From contig NW_027361716.1 of NCBI RefSeq assembly GCF_039654945.1, positions 21,142,001-21,206,000 of the forward strand: a DNA stretch of 64,000 bases, in the 5' to 3' direction. Position 1 is the stretch's first letter; the number at the start of each line of letters is the position of its first letter. Below the pieces are notes generated by a model. It saw nothing but the letters and a program-made list of their open reading frames with translations, was not told the origin of the DNA and did no database searches. A program made the translations under genes and the position numbers. Origin of the DNA: Dendrobates tinctorius. Its lineage: Eukaryota. Positions 61,176 through 64,000 of this stretch are shown here, piece by piece.

Positions 61176-64000
61176 CCCAGCAACAACGCAGCAATTGTCA
61201 AACATCAAAGCTTCCAACTGTTGTGTAAAATATATGACATTAAGGGTACACAATGTATCCGCCTAACTATATATATGGAGATTGATGCAGTTACTGCTAC
61301 TAATGGAAACTGATAGAAAGATACAAGACCAATAGCTACTAAGATAACTCTATACAAGCATGTATTTACCTTGCCATGATAGCAGTAAATGCAAGCAAGT
61401 GGTCAGGGCCATAGTGCCATAGCATAATTTATTTCACAACCCAATGGTCCACTGTTCACTGAACATCTAAATATGAATGGTCCATATTGTTCAATATCAT
61501 GTAGGGCAAATGTGAGGCCTGGAATTAGCAAGAAGCAGCATTGAGCCTTTTATAAGTAGTGGGAAGGAATATACAACTGATTGGATCTTTTACTATTGAC
61601 CAGTAGAGAAGTGAAGAGAGAACAAGATGTAAAGTACTTTGTGTAATTTGCTTGTACTGGCAAGGGCACTTACCCCTAAATGGCGATCTACAGGTGGGTG
61701 TCTCTAGTTCATGGAGGAGACTTTGATTTGTCTACAACCCGACAATCCCTGTTGCAAGGAATTTTTGAGAGTTCAACACTGGTCTTCAGGGAAACAGAGC
61801 ATTGCATGGAAGACTCCAAGTGCCAGTTGTGTTTCCTCAAGGAAAAGCACTCCAAGAGCTCTTAACCTGGACATAGAAGGTTTTATTCTAATACTGAGAC
61901 ATAACAAGGGCTCCTAAAAGCACTGCTGTGTTCTTATGACATAAGGGGGCATCTACTGCCTGTATCCTTGGTGTGGATACAAACCCTATACTCTATCTCT
62001 AGACCCCTAAACTAGTGTATATAGGGTAGAACATTAACATCCACAAGTTCCCCAATGTCTGACACTGCCAAACATCTGTCTACTAGAGATAGTCATTCAT
62101 AAGGCGCCGACTAGTCCACCACTCACCCCCTGATCGCCATGATAATTGTGTGCTCTGACCTTATAGCTGCTGGTAAAAGATTTTTCAGCCAGTAGTCATG
62201 TCTTGTTTATAATGGGTTTGTCTATTTCTCCTGTCCTTAACGCTATGTTTAGAGGCCATGGGGGTTTCCAGTGACATGGGACTGGTAACCATCTTTTTTG
62301 GCAAGTTTGTACACGCAGCTATGATGGGTTGTTGTTATTCTTCTAGGAAACACACAAGCTTGACCTCAATGATAATAAACCTGTACGGCGACATAGTTCA
62401 GATCGAAGGACATAACAACAAAAGAATTACTGACTGTTCAGTGACAGCTGACTATGAGGGGTCAGGGCTGTCGTGTGCATTGGGCTGATGCTATAGCAAC
62501 AGGAAACAAGTTGCCCGAGCTTCCTGGAGCCATAGAGTGGTGAGCATCCTATTATAAGTGTGTAGGTTCAGACATATAACATTAATTATATCATATAAAG
62601 TACAGTACAACTCAGAGAGCAACACGTGTGACCCAGAGATAGGTCAAAGGGAAAAATGTGTGACATGGCATTTCAGGTACAACATGGGTCAGGGTTACAG
62701 CTTTAAATATTAATTCATATACCATACTCTTCTGGAATTAAGTCAAGAAAATAATAATCTCCTCAAATCATAAGGAACACCTTAAGCCTAAATGTAACAC
62801 CAAACCTCGGGTACATAAAAAGAAGACAGCCAGGGAGACGGTTCCACTTCTTGATAGCATTTTCACATAGAGTCATATCATTAATGCAGAAAATTACTAT
62901 TGAACGCAGTCTTCCATTTACTGCAGTATGGATTCTAGCTGATGATAAAATATATTGGCATAATCAAAAGAATCATAGTCAAAGGTTTTACTCAGCACAG
63001 ACAGATGGCTGGAGTTTTGGCCATTAGCTAGTAACTTCTTTGGCTAACACCTTCATGACCGATGACGATAATGTGCGATGAGCCTACATCTTTCCCCACA
63101 CTTGATGGCTGATTTAATCAGGCACCAAGTGCCTCTAACAGCTGCGGGTGGATCAGAGATCCATCCGTGTCTGTTAACAAGTTAAATGCCTCCGTTAATC
63201 ACTGACAGCAGTATTTAACACGTGCCAACTGGAAGTACATCACAAGTCCCGCCCATCGACAGCCGGGGGTCTGCAGAAGACCACCCTGCATATCATTACA
63301 ATCCTCCTGTGAACGCCAGCCCGTGGTGGCTGAAGCACTGCTAGGTATAGCAAAGGCGATTGCACAATTGCTGCTTCAAGTCTCTGAAGGGGACTATTAA
63401 ATAAAGTAGAAAGTGAAAAAAAAGTTTTTAAAAATATTTTAAAAAAGAAATCACAAAAGTTCAAATCACCTACCAATAATAAGTGATCGAAACATCGTAT
63501 CTATGCCATATAGTATCAATAATAACAATAGCTTGGGGCACAAAAAATAAGCCATCACCCAGCCCCTGATCATAAAAAATGAAAATATTATAGGTCTTTT
63601 AAAGTGTCGACAAACGCAAAAACTTTTTTTCATAAAATTTCTGAATTCCACTTAAATAAAAAAATAAAGTATACATGTTTGGTATGTCCATACTCATACT
63701 GACTCGGGGAATCATATTACCAGTTGAGCTTTACCATGTAATTAACATGGTAAGCAAAAAAAAAAAAAACAATTGCAGAATTGTATTTTTTTTTGGCAAT
63801 TTCACCGCACTTAGAATTATGTTCTCCATTTTCGAAGTACACTATATTGTAAAATCAATGGTGGCATTCAGAAGTACATCTCATATCTCATTCCGCAACA
63901 AACCCTCATACCACATATTGGTAGAAATGAATGTAATCTGTTGTTATAAAATTATGGGTATATTTCTCCTTGTGAAGAGTACCATGTTGGCATAAGGAAA

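Noticed and set aside
60499-61228. Amelogenin-like MMVPQPPHH repeat ORFs
   Set aside because: A 27-bp minisatellite with frameshifts and no exon structure.
47550-64000. Second exon of the candidate gene
   Set aside because: No phase-1 exon with a recognisable domain could be identified by eye.

Overview
This is repeat-dense vertebrate DNA; the repeat repertoire suggests a frog (inference). Most of the window is nested, decayed transposable elements and tandem repeats. LTR retroelements include two Ty3/Gypsy pol-bearing elements, a full-length sushi/Tf1-type chromovirus (both LTRs, 5-bp TSD, self-priming PBS), and BEL/Pao and Copia remnants. Other elements are a two-gene Harbinger, Tc1, Tc2-like, hAT-like and T2-like elements, Helitrons, L2 and CR1 LINE ends, a Penelope-like inverted repeat with hammerhead ribozyme cores, and large satellites (41 bp x ~41; 50/51 bp x ~170). 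The only host-gene candidate is a signal-peptide-like first coding exon at 38757-38877. The most unusual object is a ~3.1 kb pol-less, tRNA-Ser-primed LTR element at 24591-27690. It is circularly permuted (3' internal, one LTR, 5' internal), which looks like a captured 1-LTR circle. Rejoining its ends restores one reading frame ending in a cold-shock/OB-fold-like domain. All family assignments are from motif recognition by eye; no searches were run.
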